A DNA stretch of 64,000 nt from an uncultured bacterium (GTDB lineage: Bacteria; Acidobacteriota; Thermoanaerobaculia; Multivoradales; JAHZIX01): the NCBI GenBank assembly GCA_965368975.1, contig CBDUPA010000010.1, positions 1 to 64,000 on the forward strand. Direction: 5' to 3'. Below the pieces are notes generated by a model that was not told the origin of the DNA, did no database searches, and saw only the letters and a program-made list of their open reading frames with translations. The translations under genes were made by a program, and so were the position numbers. This document shows positions 1 through 10,000 of this stretch, one piece after another; position 1 is the stretch's first letter, and every line of letters starts with the position of its first letter.

Positions 1-3000
1 CGGGCAGGTCGTGCCCGGGGTCGGGGGCAGCGCCGGTGTCACGTCCGGCCTGGGTTTCACGTCCGGTCTGGGTAGGGGCACCCAACCGCTCGGCCAGCGA
101 GCGCACCGTCGGGAACTGGAAGAGATCCGTCACCGACGCGTCCAACCCCAGGTCCTCGCGCAGCCGGTGGTGTAGGTCGAGCAGTAGCAACGAGTGACCG
201 CCGAGGTCGAAGAAATTGGCGTCCAGGGCTTCGCGCTCCAGCCACGCCGCGTCGAGTCCGAGCAGCTCCGCCCACAGCGCGGCTAACCGGGATTGCAGAT
301 CGTCGGCGGTCGCGGTCACCTCAGCGGCTTGGGTTTCCGTTGCTTGGGGAGGAGCAGTTCCCTGCATGGCCGGCAGCGGTAGTGCCAGCAACGCCCTGCG
401 ATCGATCTTGCCGTTGACGTTGAGCGGCAACGCGTCGAGACACACCAGCGTCGAGGGCACCATGAACGCGGGCAGGCGATCGGCAAGGTACGCTCGCAGA
501 TCGACCGGAGACGGCTCTGGGCCCACCCAATACGCCACCAACCGGCCCTCTCCGTCCACCCCCGGCCGCACCAGCACCACCGCTTCCTGCACCGCCGGGT
601 GTGCTGCCAGCGCGCTGGCGATCTCGTCCGGCTCGATGCGGAAGCCGCGCAGCTTCACCTGCTGATCGATGCGCCCCAGGAACTCGACGGCACCGTCGGC
701 GCGGCGGCGCACCAGGTCGCCGCTCCGGTACACCCGCCGCCCCGGCCGCGCGGTCCAGGCGTGCGGTACGAAAACGGCAGCGGTGAGAGCCGGGCGGTCG
801 AGGTAGCCGCGCGCCAGTCGATCGCCCCCGATGCGCAGCTCGCCAGCCACGCCCAGTGGCTGCAAGCGTCCACGGCGATCCGTGACGTGCAGCGTCGTGG
901 CGGCGATCGGCCGTCCGATCGGCACTTCGCGCCCTGGCGGTGGCGCCATGCCAACCGGGTGCCAGCTGGCGAAGGTGGTGGCCTCGGTGGGGCCGTAGAC
1001 GTGCAGCAAGCGTCGTGGCGGCGCGGCGCCCTCGAACAGGCGCGCCAGCGCCACCGGGTCCATGCGCTCACCACCGGTGAGCAGGCAGCGCAGTCCGCTG
1101 AAGGCGCGCGGCGCGTGGCGCGCCAGGCGCAGGCACAAGGCGGTGGTCAAGAACAGGACGCTGATGCGCTCGGCCGCCAGCACCGCCGGCAGCTCGGACG
1201 GCGACAAGGTGACACGCGGCGGCAGCAGGACCACAGCGGCGCCGTGCAGCAGTGGCCCCCAGATCTCGAAGGTGGCGGCGTCGAAGGACGGCGTGGCGGC
1301 GTGCGCGACTCGGTCGCCTGGAGTCAGCTGCAGGTAGTCGGTGCGGCGCACCAGGCGCAACACGCCGCGATGCGTCGCCGCGACGCCTTTGGGGGTGCCA
1401 GTAGAGCCGGAGGTGTAGATGACGTAGGCCAGCCGATCGCCGCCGAGGTATCGGCTGTGAGGCTCCAGTGCCTGACCGGGCGGAGACGCCGGCACGGCTT
1501 CGACCTGGAGACACGGCAGCTCGGGCGCCAGGGTCGCGACGCGCGCCTGGGCTGACGACCCGGCCACCACCAGCACGGCACCGCTGTCGCGCAGCAGCAG
1601 AGCGAGGCGATCGTCCGGGTAGGCGGGATCGAGCGGCACGTAAGCTCCGCCAGCCAGCGTCACAGCCAGCATCGAAACAACCATCTCGGGCGAGCGCTCG
1701 AACAGCAAGCCGACGCGCTGCTCGGGCTCGAGCCCGGCCGCACGCAGCTGGCGCGCCAGCGCCTGCACCCGCTGCGCCAGCTCGGCGTAGGTCCAGCGCA
1801 CCGGCTCCGGTTCGTCCATGGCTCCGTTTCTGGAAGCCGGCTGTAGAAGTGCTGGTTGCTGAAGAGCTGGCGCCGACGGGGTCGCACGCGCTTGCTCCAG
1901 GAAAGCTTGGGCGAGGCTCTCTTCAGACAGGCGCACGGCATCAGCACCTTCCTCGCGCAGCAGCTGGTGACGCTCGGGACGACTGAGCAGCGGCAACTCG
2001 GTCCACGCGCGCGGCGGGTGCGTCGACGCCGTTAGCAGAGCTTCGAGCAGCACGCGCACGTGACCGGCGAGGCGGCCGGCGGTGGTGAGGTCGAAGATCT
2101 CGGCGTCGAAGTGCAGAGCACCTTGCACTGCCCCGCTGGCCGTGCGGCTGAGCAGCAACGACAGATCCAAGACGGCGCTCGCCGAGTCGACCGACAGCGG
2201 CGTCACCGACACTCCCTCCGCGAGCTGCAACGCCGTACCAGACGGAGCCGGTTCGAGCGCGAAGACGCTACGGAAGAGCGGGTTGGCGCCAGCCGTGCGC
2301 TTCGGCGCCACCGCCGCGACAACCTGTTCGAACGGCACGTGGCGGCGCTCGTAGGCGTCGAGCACGGCGTCGCGCGTGCGCGTCAGCAACTCGGCGCCGG
2401 AGGGCACATCGTGCAACTGCAAACGCAGCGGCATGGTGTTGACGAAGCAGCCGACCACGGGCTCCAGCTCGGGACGATCCCGACCCGACAGCGGAATGCC
2501 GGTGACGACATCCATGGTATCCGCCCAGCGGGCCTGCACTGCCAGGAACGCGGCGAGCACGGCGGCGAAGGCCGAGACCCCGCCATCGAGCGCGTCCAGG
2601 CCGGCGACCCACGGGCCGTCCCAATGCACGCTCCAACGTCCGCCGCGGCTAGTCGGCGTGTGTGGTCGCGATCGATCCAGCGGCAGCTCGGGTGACGCGG
2701 CTCCGTCCAGGCGCTGGCGCCAGGCATCGAGCTGTGCGGCAGCCTCCGGCGTCTCCAACCACTGCCGCTGGGCACGCGCGAAGTCGCTGTACTGCAGGGG
2801 TAGCGACGGCAGGGCTGTGAGATCGCCTCGGCGGTGCGCAACGTAGTTCCGCCCCAGCTCGCGCAGCACCACGGCTGCCGACGCGGCGTCGAAGCCCAAG
2901 TGATGGACGCCGAGCACGAGCGCTTGTCGGTGCGATCCGGCACGCAGCAGCAAGGCGCGCCACAGCGGTCCGGTCTCCGGCGCGAAGGGACGGCCCAGGC

Positions 3001-6000
3001 CGGCGTGCGCCAGGCGTCGCAGGTGCGCGTCCCTGTCGGCAGATGGCAGGGCCTGCAGGTCGACGACGGCCAAGCCGCGCCGAGGCAGGCCCGTACCGCT
3101 GGTCAGCACTTGCTGCACCGGCCGTCCCTGGCGCCCCGGGCCCTGACTGCGCGGATAGCGCGTGCGCAGGACGCCCTGACGCGCCACGACGGCGTCCCAG
3201 GCCCGCTCCAGAGCAGCAAGTTCGAGCGTACCCTCGAGCAGCCAGGATCCGCCAGAGTTGTAGCGGGGACTCGACGGTTGCAGCTGGTGCAGCAACCAGA
3301 AGCGTTCCTGCACACTGGAGACGGGGGCCTCGAAGGGAGGTGACTCGTGGCTTGCGAGCAACCGCAAGCCGCCCGTGTCGCCCGTTTCGGGCGTAGCCGT
3401 GTCGGTCGTGTCCTGCGTGTCCTCCGCACCGATACCTGCGGCACGCAGCGTCGCCGCCAGGCGGCGCGGCGTCGAGATCGTGAAGAGCGTACGCAGCGTC
3501 ACCTCGACGCGCCACTCGGCCCGCACTCGCGCCAGCAGCCGCACGCCGAGCAGCGAGTGCCCGCCGAGGGCGAAGAAGTCGTCCTGCGCACCGACCGGAC
3601 CGGAGTGATCCAAGACCTCGGCAAAGAAGGCGCACAGCCGGCGCTCCAGCTCATCGGCGGGCTGAACATGCGCGGCCGGGTCGAGCTGAAGTGCTTCCGC
3701 GGCGACCGGACGTGACGCCAGCTGGAGACGATCGATCTTGCCAGACGGCGTGGAAGGCAGGGATTCGACCGACACCAGAACGGGCCGCATGTAGACCGGA
3801 AGCTTCGTCGCGATGTGGTCCTGCAGACCAGCGAGCGGCGATCCGGCCGCGGCCGCCGAGTCGGCCGTACGCGGCACGACGTAGGCCACCAACTGTGCCT
3901 CGCCGGTGCTCGGACCCGCGTCGCGAGCGCATTCCGGAGCGCCTTCCGGAGCGGCACGCACAACCACCACCGCCACAGCCGCTACCGACGGATGGGTGTT
4001 GAGGGCCGCCTCGACCTCCTCCGGCTCGACGCGGGCACCGCGGATCTTGACCTGGCGGTCGGCGCGACCCAGGAAGTCCAGCTCGCCGTCCGGACGCCAG
4101 CGCAGCAGGTCGCCGGAGCGGTAGGCGCGTGCACCAGCCTGCCCGTGCGGTGCCCACGGATCGGGGACGAAGGAACGCGCGGTGCGCGCTGGCCGGCCGA
4201 GATAGCCGCGGCCGACGCCGGCGCCACCGATCCACAGCTCCCCGGGCACACCCACCGGCACCGGCTCACCGACGGGGTCGACCAGCGTCAAGTGGACGTT
4301 CTCGAGCGCACGGCCGATCGACGGCGGGCGCGGGTCGAGCGAGCGCACGCGCAGGCGGTTGGCCGTCACCGCGATCTCGGCCGGGCCGTAGAGATTGTAC
4401 AGCTCGAAGGGCAGCGGTCGGCGCGGCACTGCCACCAGGCGATCGCCGCCGGTCGCCAGCACGCGCAGCGTCGAACGCCGGGCGCTGACGTCGGGCAGCC
4501 GCAGCAGCGCTTCCAGCTGCGGCGTCGGTAGCAGGACCGAGGTCAAGCCCTGACGGCGGATCCAGGCCCACGTCTCAACAGGATCGAGGCGCACGTCTTC
4601 GTGGTCCGGATGACACAGCGTCGATCCCACGAGCAGGCCGCAGAAGGCGTCGAGCACGATCGGATCGAAGGACGGCGTCATCAACTGCGCATGGCGGTCG
4701 GCAGGGCCGAAGCCACACATTCGCAGGTGGCTGAAAACGACGTTGGCGAAGGCACGGCGGTGCACCATGACGCCCTTGGGCTGACCTGTAGAACCCGAAG
4801 TGTAGATGACGTAGGCGAGACCGAGGGGCGAGGTCTCGACTGGTGGCAACACCGATGCCGATGCCTTCGCGCGGCCGGAGGCACGCTCTCCCAGCCTCCC
4901 CTCACCCGACCTCCGGCCATCGAGCCGCAAGCGCAACCGCCAGACCGGCGGCAGGTCGACGGCGTCCTCGATTCCCGGCGAGGTGATCAACACGGCCGCC
5001 TCGGCATCGCGCAACAGGTCGGCACGGCGCGCGGCGGGCAACGACGGATCGAGCGACAGGAAGGCGGTGCCGGCGCGCAACGCGGCGAGGCAGGCGATCG
5101 TGTAGGCGGGCGAGCGCGGCAGCTGGACGGCGACCAGCGCTTCCGTCCCCGCATGAGCCCCCAGGCGGCGTAGATCTGCCGCCAAGGCGTCGACCCGGCG
5201 CTGCATCTCGCCGTAGCTCAGGTGTCGAGAGCATCTGGCCGAGCCGGAGCGTCCCGTCTCCGAGAGCAACGCCACAGCCTCAGGCCACTGGCCAGCGCGC
5301 GCGGCGATCACCGTCTCGACGTCTTCCTGGCGGACATCCTCCTGGCCGACAGCGATCGCCCCCGGAACGTCGTTCCATTCCCGCTGCAGCTGGTGCACTT
5401 CGCTGCGGCTGAGCCAGGGCAGGCGGGCGGCGGGATGGTCCGGCTGCTCGACAGCCGCGGCAAGCAAGAGACTCAGGCGGCGCGCCAGGCGCTCGGCCGT
5501 AGTGGCATCGAAAAGATCCGCGTCGTACTGCAGCTGACCGCTCAGCGGCCCCAGTCGCCCTGCCCCTTCAGCGTCGACCTCCGCCAGAGAGGTCTCCGCC
5601 AAAGAGAACGTGAGATCGAAGGTCGCCGAGCCGGCATCGACAGGCAGGCGACCCATGCGCACACCGCCGGCCAGATCAGGAGTCGAGACCAGGCCCGACT
5701 GCAACACCAGCAGGACATTGAACAGCGGCGCCGAGGCGCCTTGCTGCAGGCGCTCGTAGGGCAACTCGCCGTGTGACTGCGCCGCCGCCACGACGCGTCC
5801 GGCGCGCGCCACGAGTTGCTGGAAGCTCGGCGAGGTGGCAACGGGGCTCTCGTGGGCGTCTGGCCCCGGGGGCGTGCCCGGCCCGAGATCGAGACGCAGG
5901 ACCAGGGTGTTGACGAAGCAGCCGACCAGGTCGTCCAGCTCACCGGCGGCGCTGTCGCGACCGGCTACCGGCGTCCCCAACACGACATCCCGCTGCCCCG

Positions 6001-7072
6001 CGAGCCGGCCCAGCAACAACGCCAACGTCGCGAAAGCCCCGGCAAAGCGAGTGGTTCCGGCCGCTGCGCACAAGCGCGTCAGGGCCGCGTCCACGCAAGC
6101 CGCTACGGGTACAGGCACGCTGCCGCCGCGCCGCTCTGGCACTTCGGTTCCTGCTTCGAGATCCGCGACCGGAGCGCGGTCCATCGGCAGTTCGAGCGTC
6201 GAGACCCCGTCCAGCTGCTGACGCCACCAGGCCAGCAAGGCGGCACCGGTCTCGGAACCCTCCGCCAGTCGCTGACGTTGCCAGGCGGCAACGTCGACGT
6301 AGCGCAACGGCAGCGCGGCCCAAGTCGGTTGCTGGCCCAGCTGCCGCACCGCGTACGCGTGTGCCAGCTCACGCAGCAGGATGCCGAAGGACCAGCCGTC
6401 GACCGCGATGTGGTGCAGGCACAGCCCCAGCACCCAGGACGCGGGAGTCCCCGGCTCCGGGAGCCGGCGCTCCGGGAGCCGGCGGAAGAGGACGAGGCGG
6501 ACGGGCGGTCGACGCCCGGACAGCAAGTCGAAAGGCTGACGGCGCCAGGCGCGAATGGCGCGTCGCAGGTGGGCTTGCTGGTCGTGCGCCGGCAGACCCG
6601 AGACATCGACCACCGGCAGAGCTGCCGCCCCTGGAGCTGAGGACACAGCGGCGACCGGCTCGATGCGCTGGCGCGGCTGGCCGTCGGCGTCTTCGAAGTA
6701 GACGGTGCGCAGCGACGCGTGGCGCGCGACCAGGTCGGACCAGGCGGTACGCAGCGCCCTCACATCGAGCAGCTGCTCGGAAGAGGACGCGTCGAGCGTC
6801 AGGTTGAGGCCGACATGGTACGCACTCGTCGCCGGACTCAGTCGCTGCTCCAGCCACAAGCGCTCCTGCGCGAAGGACAGCTGGAAAGGACCGTCACCGG
6901 GTAGACGGGTCGGACCTGCCGCTTTCCCGGCACCGGCACGCCGGGTCCGCTCGGCGTCCAGCTTCGCAGCCACGAGTGCCCGCTGGCGTGGAGACAGGCG
7001 AGCCAGGCGGTCTTGTAACTGAGGATCTGCGAGCCGATCTTGCTCCTGGGCCTCGCGTTCCGCGTCACTCAC
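1..7072 (-). CDS. Non-ribosomal peptide synthetase, C-A-T-C-A-T..., 3' end beyond the left edge (partial)
   Basis: Absent from the ORF track because there is no in-window stop. Hand translation from GTG 7072 (GTGA overlap with the upstream stop) stays in one frame at every point checked. Motifs: LSFAQERLW and HHIAVDG (~6400), YTSGSTGQPKG (~4800), FFALGGHSL (~3560), HHLGFDA (~2895), YTSGSTGTPKG (~1410), FFDLGGHSL (~200). Confidence 0.95.
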   Translation of the reverse strand, partial: MSDAEREAQEQDRLADPQLQDRLARLSPRQRALVAAKLDAERTRRAGAGKAAGPTRLPGDGPFQLSFAQERLWLEQRLSPATSAYHVGLNLTLDASSSEQLLDVRALRTAWSDLVARHASLRTVYFEDADGQPRQRIEPVAAVSSAPGAAALPVVDVSGLPAHDQQAHLRRAIRAWRRQPFDLLSGRRPPVRLVLFRRLPERRLPEPGTPASWVLGLCLHHIAVDGWSFGILLRELAHAYAVRQLGQQPTWAALPLRYVDVAAWQRQRLAEGSETGAALLAWWRQQLDGVSTLELPMDRAPVADLEAGTEVPERRGGSVPVPVAACVDAALTRLCAAAGTTRFAGAFATLALLLGRLAGQRDVVLGTPVAGRDSAAGELDDLVGCFVNTLVLRLDLGPGTPPGPDAHESPVATSPSFQQLVARAGRVVAAAQSHGELPYERLQQGASAPLFNVLLVLQSGLVSTPDLAGGVRMGRLPVDAGSATFDLTFSLAETSLAEVDAEGAGRLGPLSGQLQYDADLFDATTAERLARRLSLLLAAAVEQPDHPAARLPWLSRSEVHQLQREWNDVPGAIAVGQEDVRQEDVETVIAARAGQWPEAVALLSETGRSGSARCSRHLSYGEMQRRVDALAADLRRLGAHAGTEALVAVQLPRSPAYTIACLAALRAGTAFLSLDPSLPAARRADLLRDAEAAVLITSPGIEDAVDLPPVWRLRLRLDGRRSGEGRLGERASGRAKASASVLPPVETSPLGLAYVIYTSGSTGQPKGVMVHRRAFANVVFSHLRMCGFGPADRHAQLMTPSFDPIVLDAFCGLLVGSTLCHPDHEDVRLDPVETWAWIRRQGLTSVLLPTPQLEALLRLPDVSARRSTLRVLATGGDRLVAVPRRPLPFELYNLYGPAEIAVTANRLRVRSLDPRPPSIGRALENVHLTLVDPVGEPVPVGVPGELWIGGAGVGRGYLGRPARTARSFVPDPWAPHGQAGARAYRSGDLLRWRPDGELDFLGRADRQVKIRGARVEPEEVEAALNTHPSVAAVAVVVVRAAPEGAPECARDAGPSTGEAQLVAYVVPRTADSAAAAGSPLAGLQDHIATKLPVYMRPVLVSVESLPSTPSGKIDRLQLASRPVAAEALQLDPAAHVQPADELERRLCAFFAEVLDHSGPVGAQDDFFALGGHSLLGVRLLARVRAEWRVEVTLRTLFTISTPRRLAATLRAAGIGAEDTQDTTDTATPETGDTGGLRLLASHESPPFEAPVSSVQERFWLLHQLQPSSPRYNSGGSWLLEGTLELAALERAWDAVVARQGVLRTRYPRSQGPGRQGRPVQQVLTSGTGLPRRGLAVVDLQALPSADRDAHLRRLAHAGLGRPFAPETGPLWRALLLRAGSHRQALVLGVHHLGFDAASAAVVLRELGRNYVAHRRGDLTALPSLPLQYSDFARAQRQWLETPEAAAQLDAWRQRLDGAASPELPLDRSRPHTPTSRGGRWSVHWDGPWVAGLDALDGGVSAFAAVLAAFLAVQARWADTMDVVTGIPLSGRDRPELEPVVGCFVNTMPLRLQLHDVPSGAELLTRTRDAVLDAYERRHVPFEQVVAAVAPKRTAGANPLFRSVFALEPAPSGTALQLAEGVSVTPLSVDSASAVLDLSLLLSRTASGAVQGALHFDAEIFDLTTAGRLAGHVRVLLEALLTASTHPPRAWTELPLLSRPERHQLLREEGADAVRLSEESLAQAFLEQARATPSAPALQQPALLQPASRNGAMDEPEPVRWTYAELAQRVQALARQLRAAGLEPEQRVGLLFERSPEMVVSMLAVTLAGGAYVPLDPAYPDDRLALLLRDSGAVLVVAGSSAQARVATLAPELPCLQVEAVPASPPGQALEPHSRYLGGDRLAYVIYTSGSTGTPKGVAATHRGVLRLVRRTDYLQLTPGDRVAHAATPSFDAATFEIWGPLLHGAAVVLLPPRVTLSPSELPAVLAAERISVLFLTTALCLRLARHAPRAFSGLRCLLTGGERMDPVALARLFEGAAPPRRLLHVYGPTEATTFASWHPVGMAPPPGREVPIGRPIAATTLHVTDRRGRLQPLGVAGELRIGGDRLARGYLDRPALTAAVFVPHAWTARPGRRVYRSGDLVRRRADGAVEFLGRIDQQVKLRGFRIEPDEIASALAAHPAVQEAVVLVRPGVDGEGRLVAYWVGPEPSPVDLRAYLADRLPAFMVPSTLVCLDALPLNVNGKIDRRALLALPLPAMQGTAPPQATETQAAEVTATADDLQSRLAALWAELLGLDAAWLEREALDANFFDLGGHSLLLLDLHHRLREDLGLDASVTDLFQFPTVRSLAERLGAPTQTGRETQAGRDTGAAPDPGHDLP
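67..83 (+). repeat. Half copy of the same REP-like element in the linker after a T domain
   Basis: TCTGGGTAGGGGCACCC is identical over 17 nt to 7812-7828 and 16045-16061. Confidence 0.55.
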
Positions 7073-10000
7073 GAAGCCACCTCCGCGGTCAGCTCACGTA
7101 GCTGCGCTTCCAGGTCTTCATCGCTCAATCCCTCGACCTCGGCGAGCACCGCTGCCAGCTCGTCAGCCCCCTGGTCAAGAGAGGGCTCTTCGATCTGCGG
7201 TGCGCCGGCGACCGCGGCAGCGCCGTTCCCCTGCTCGGCTTGGATCTGAGCCGTCAGGCCGGCGATGGTCGGGAACTCGAACAGGTGCGCCATCGGCAGT
7301 TCGACGTCGAAGGTCTGGCGCAGCCGCGCCATCAGGCGGCTGCCCATCAGCGAATGACCGCCGAGCTCGAAGAAGTTGTCGTGCCGTCCCGGCGCACTGC
7401 CCCCAGACGTGCCCAGGAACAGCCCCCAGATCTCGGCCACCTGGGCTTCGAGCGGATCCTGCGGCTCTCCTGTTGCAGACTCGGGGGTGGTGGACGCGCC
7501 GCCCAAGGGCCCGGTACTCTGCGAGACGCTCGAGTTCGGCTGCGCTCGAGTCCCTGCAGAGGACTCGGCAGCAGCACCACCCCGCCATAGCGCCAGGCGC
7601 GCCGCCAGATCACCACTGGCGACAGCAATCTGTTCGAGTGCCCGGCCGAGACCCTCGCCGGCCGCCAGGGTACGACGGAACGCGTCGACGCTTTCGGCCG
7701 GGGTCATCAGGTAGCGCGTCAGGCTATTGGTGGGCGTGGCGGAGGGGCCATCCTCCTCGCCGATGCGCGTCCAGGCATCCCAATTGGTCGACAGCCAGCG
7801 GGTCGCAACCCTCTGGGTAGGGGCACCCCCGTGTGGGTGCCCTCCGGTGTGAGCAGCCGCGTAGGCGTCCAGATAGAGATTCGCCGCCGCGTAGCCGGCG
7901 AAGCCGACGCCCCCAAGCACCGACGCCAGCGACGACAGCAGGACGCAGAAGCGCGGCTCGATTCCGTGTTCGACGCGCAGCTCGTCGAGCATGCGGGCCA
8001 GGCGGCGGGTGCCAGTGATCTTGGGTCGGAACTGTGCGGCCGATAGCTCGCGATCCGTGTCGGGCAGGCGGTGCAACAGGCCCTTGCCCTCCCCGACTCC
8101 GTCCGAACGCAGCAGCTCGCCAGCACCGTGGACGACACCGTCCAGCCGCCCCCAGCGCGCCGCGATCTCGGCCGCCAGGTCCGTCATGGCGGCCCGGTCG
8201 GCAACGTCGGCACGGTGCGTCACGACCTCGCCACCCTGCGCGCGCGCCAGGCTCTCCAACTCGGCCAGGCGACGTAACGCCGGCCGGGCGTCGGGATGCT
8301 CCGGCATCGAGGCGGTCCAGGCGGCGCGCGGCGGCAGCTCGGAGCGGTGGGTCAAGATGACTGTGGCCTGATGGTCGCGCAACAACCATTCCGCCAGCCG
8401 CAAGCCGACGTTCCCCAGGCCACCGGTGAGCAGGTAGACGCCACGGCGTGTGGGCGTCGGCTCTCCCGCGTCTACGGGAGCAACCAAGGACCCGGCAGCC
8501 AGAGACTCGGCAGCCAGAGACAAGCTCTCGAAACCCTGGCACCAGCGTCGACCGCCACGCCAGGCGACGACGGTCGCGTCCGACGTGTCGGTGGCTTCGG
8601 CTTGCAAGATGCGCGCGACGGTGCCGGTATCCAGAGCCCCAGCATCCAGAGCCCCACTATCCAGAAGCGCAGCATCCAGGTCGACGGCACGGCAGCGCAC
8701 GTGGCGCGCGTCGCTTTCCTGCGGCAGCACCAGCAACGGCCCGAGTGCCGGTGCTCGCTCGGGAACCACCCGGTCGCCCGGCAGCACGGCATGCAGGTGC
8801 TGGCCGGCATAGAGCAGCACCGGCAGTGCGTCGCCGGGCTGCTGCGCCAGCTCGGCCAGGCGACGCGCGACGGCCAGCACGGCACCATAGCCGCGCCACA
8901 GCTCGGCTTCCAGCGCTGGTTCGACGTGAGGCGGCGGCGCACCGAGTCCGGTCAGCACGGCGATGGTGCTGAGGGCTTCCAGATCGATCTCCTCCACGTC
9001 CGTGCTCCCTCCCACCGCCTCCAGCACCCGCACCGACACCCCGTCCTCGATCAGCCGCGCGCGCAGCGCTGACGCTACCGCCTGGCTGGTCGCATCGGCG
9101 TCGAGCACCAGCAGCCAGCCGCGTGCATCTTCCGCTACCGGTCGCGGTGTAGCCAAGGGCCGCTGGCGCCAGGCCGGCGTCCAGAACCAGCGCGTCACAT
9201 CCGTTTCCTTGGGCGGCAAGCGGCGCATGGAGGAAGCCGCCGTGTCTCCTCTCGATGAGTGCTCGGTGCGGCGGAAGGGCACCCACAGGCTTTCGGGATC
9301 GGGACTCTCGAAGGGATACCCCGGCAACCGCAGCTTGCACCGGCGCTCGTCCGTCTGGCCACAGAATGCGTTCCAATCGACCGCCGCACCAGCCGCCCAC
9401 AAGCGCGCCAGCGTGGTCAGGGCGAAGCCGACATCGCTCTGCGGGTCCTTGGGATGGCGCAGCGAGGTCAGCACCGGCTGATCCGGCCGCCAGCTCGGGT
9501 GACGGCGCGCCAGCGTGCTCAGGGTATGCCCCGGTCCTGCTTCGACGAGAGCGGCGTCAGGATCGTCGAGCAGCACGCCGACGCCCTCGGCATAGCGCAC
9601 CGTGCCGCGCAGGTGCCGGCGCCAGTAGCCAGGGTCGCGCACGTCGTCCTCGGTGATCCAGGTACCGGTGACGTTGGAGATGTAGGGGATGCGCGGCGCG
9701 TGCAGATCGAGAGAGGCAACGAAGGCTTCGAAGCGCTGCAGGATCGGCTCGACCATCGACGAGTGCGCCGCCACCTCGATGTGCAGGCGACGCACCTCCA
9801 GCCCCTCGGCCGCCAGGCGCACGCGCAGCGCCTCGATACGTTCGACCGGTCCCGAGGCGACGCACAGGTCAGGCGCGTTGACGGCGGCGATCGACAGGGG
9901 TCCCTCACCGACGCGCGCCGCAGCTTCCTCGCGCAAGCGGGCACGCAGCGCCGCCTCTCCCAGCGGCACGCTGAGCATGGCTCCGGCGGGTAGCTGGTCG

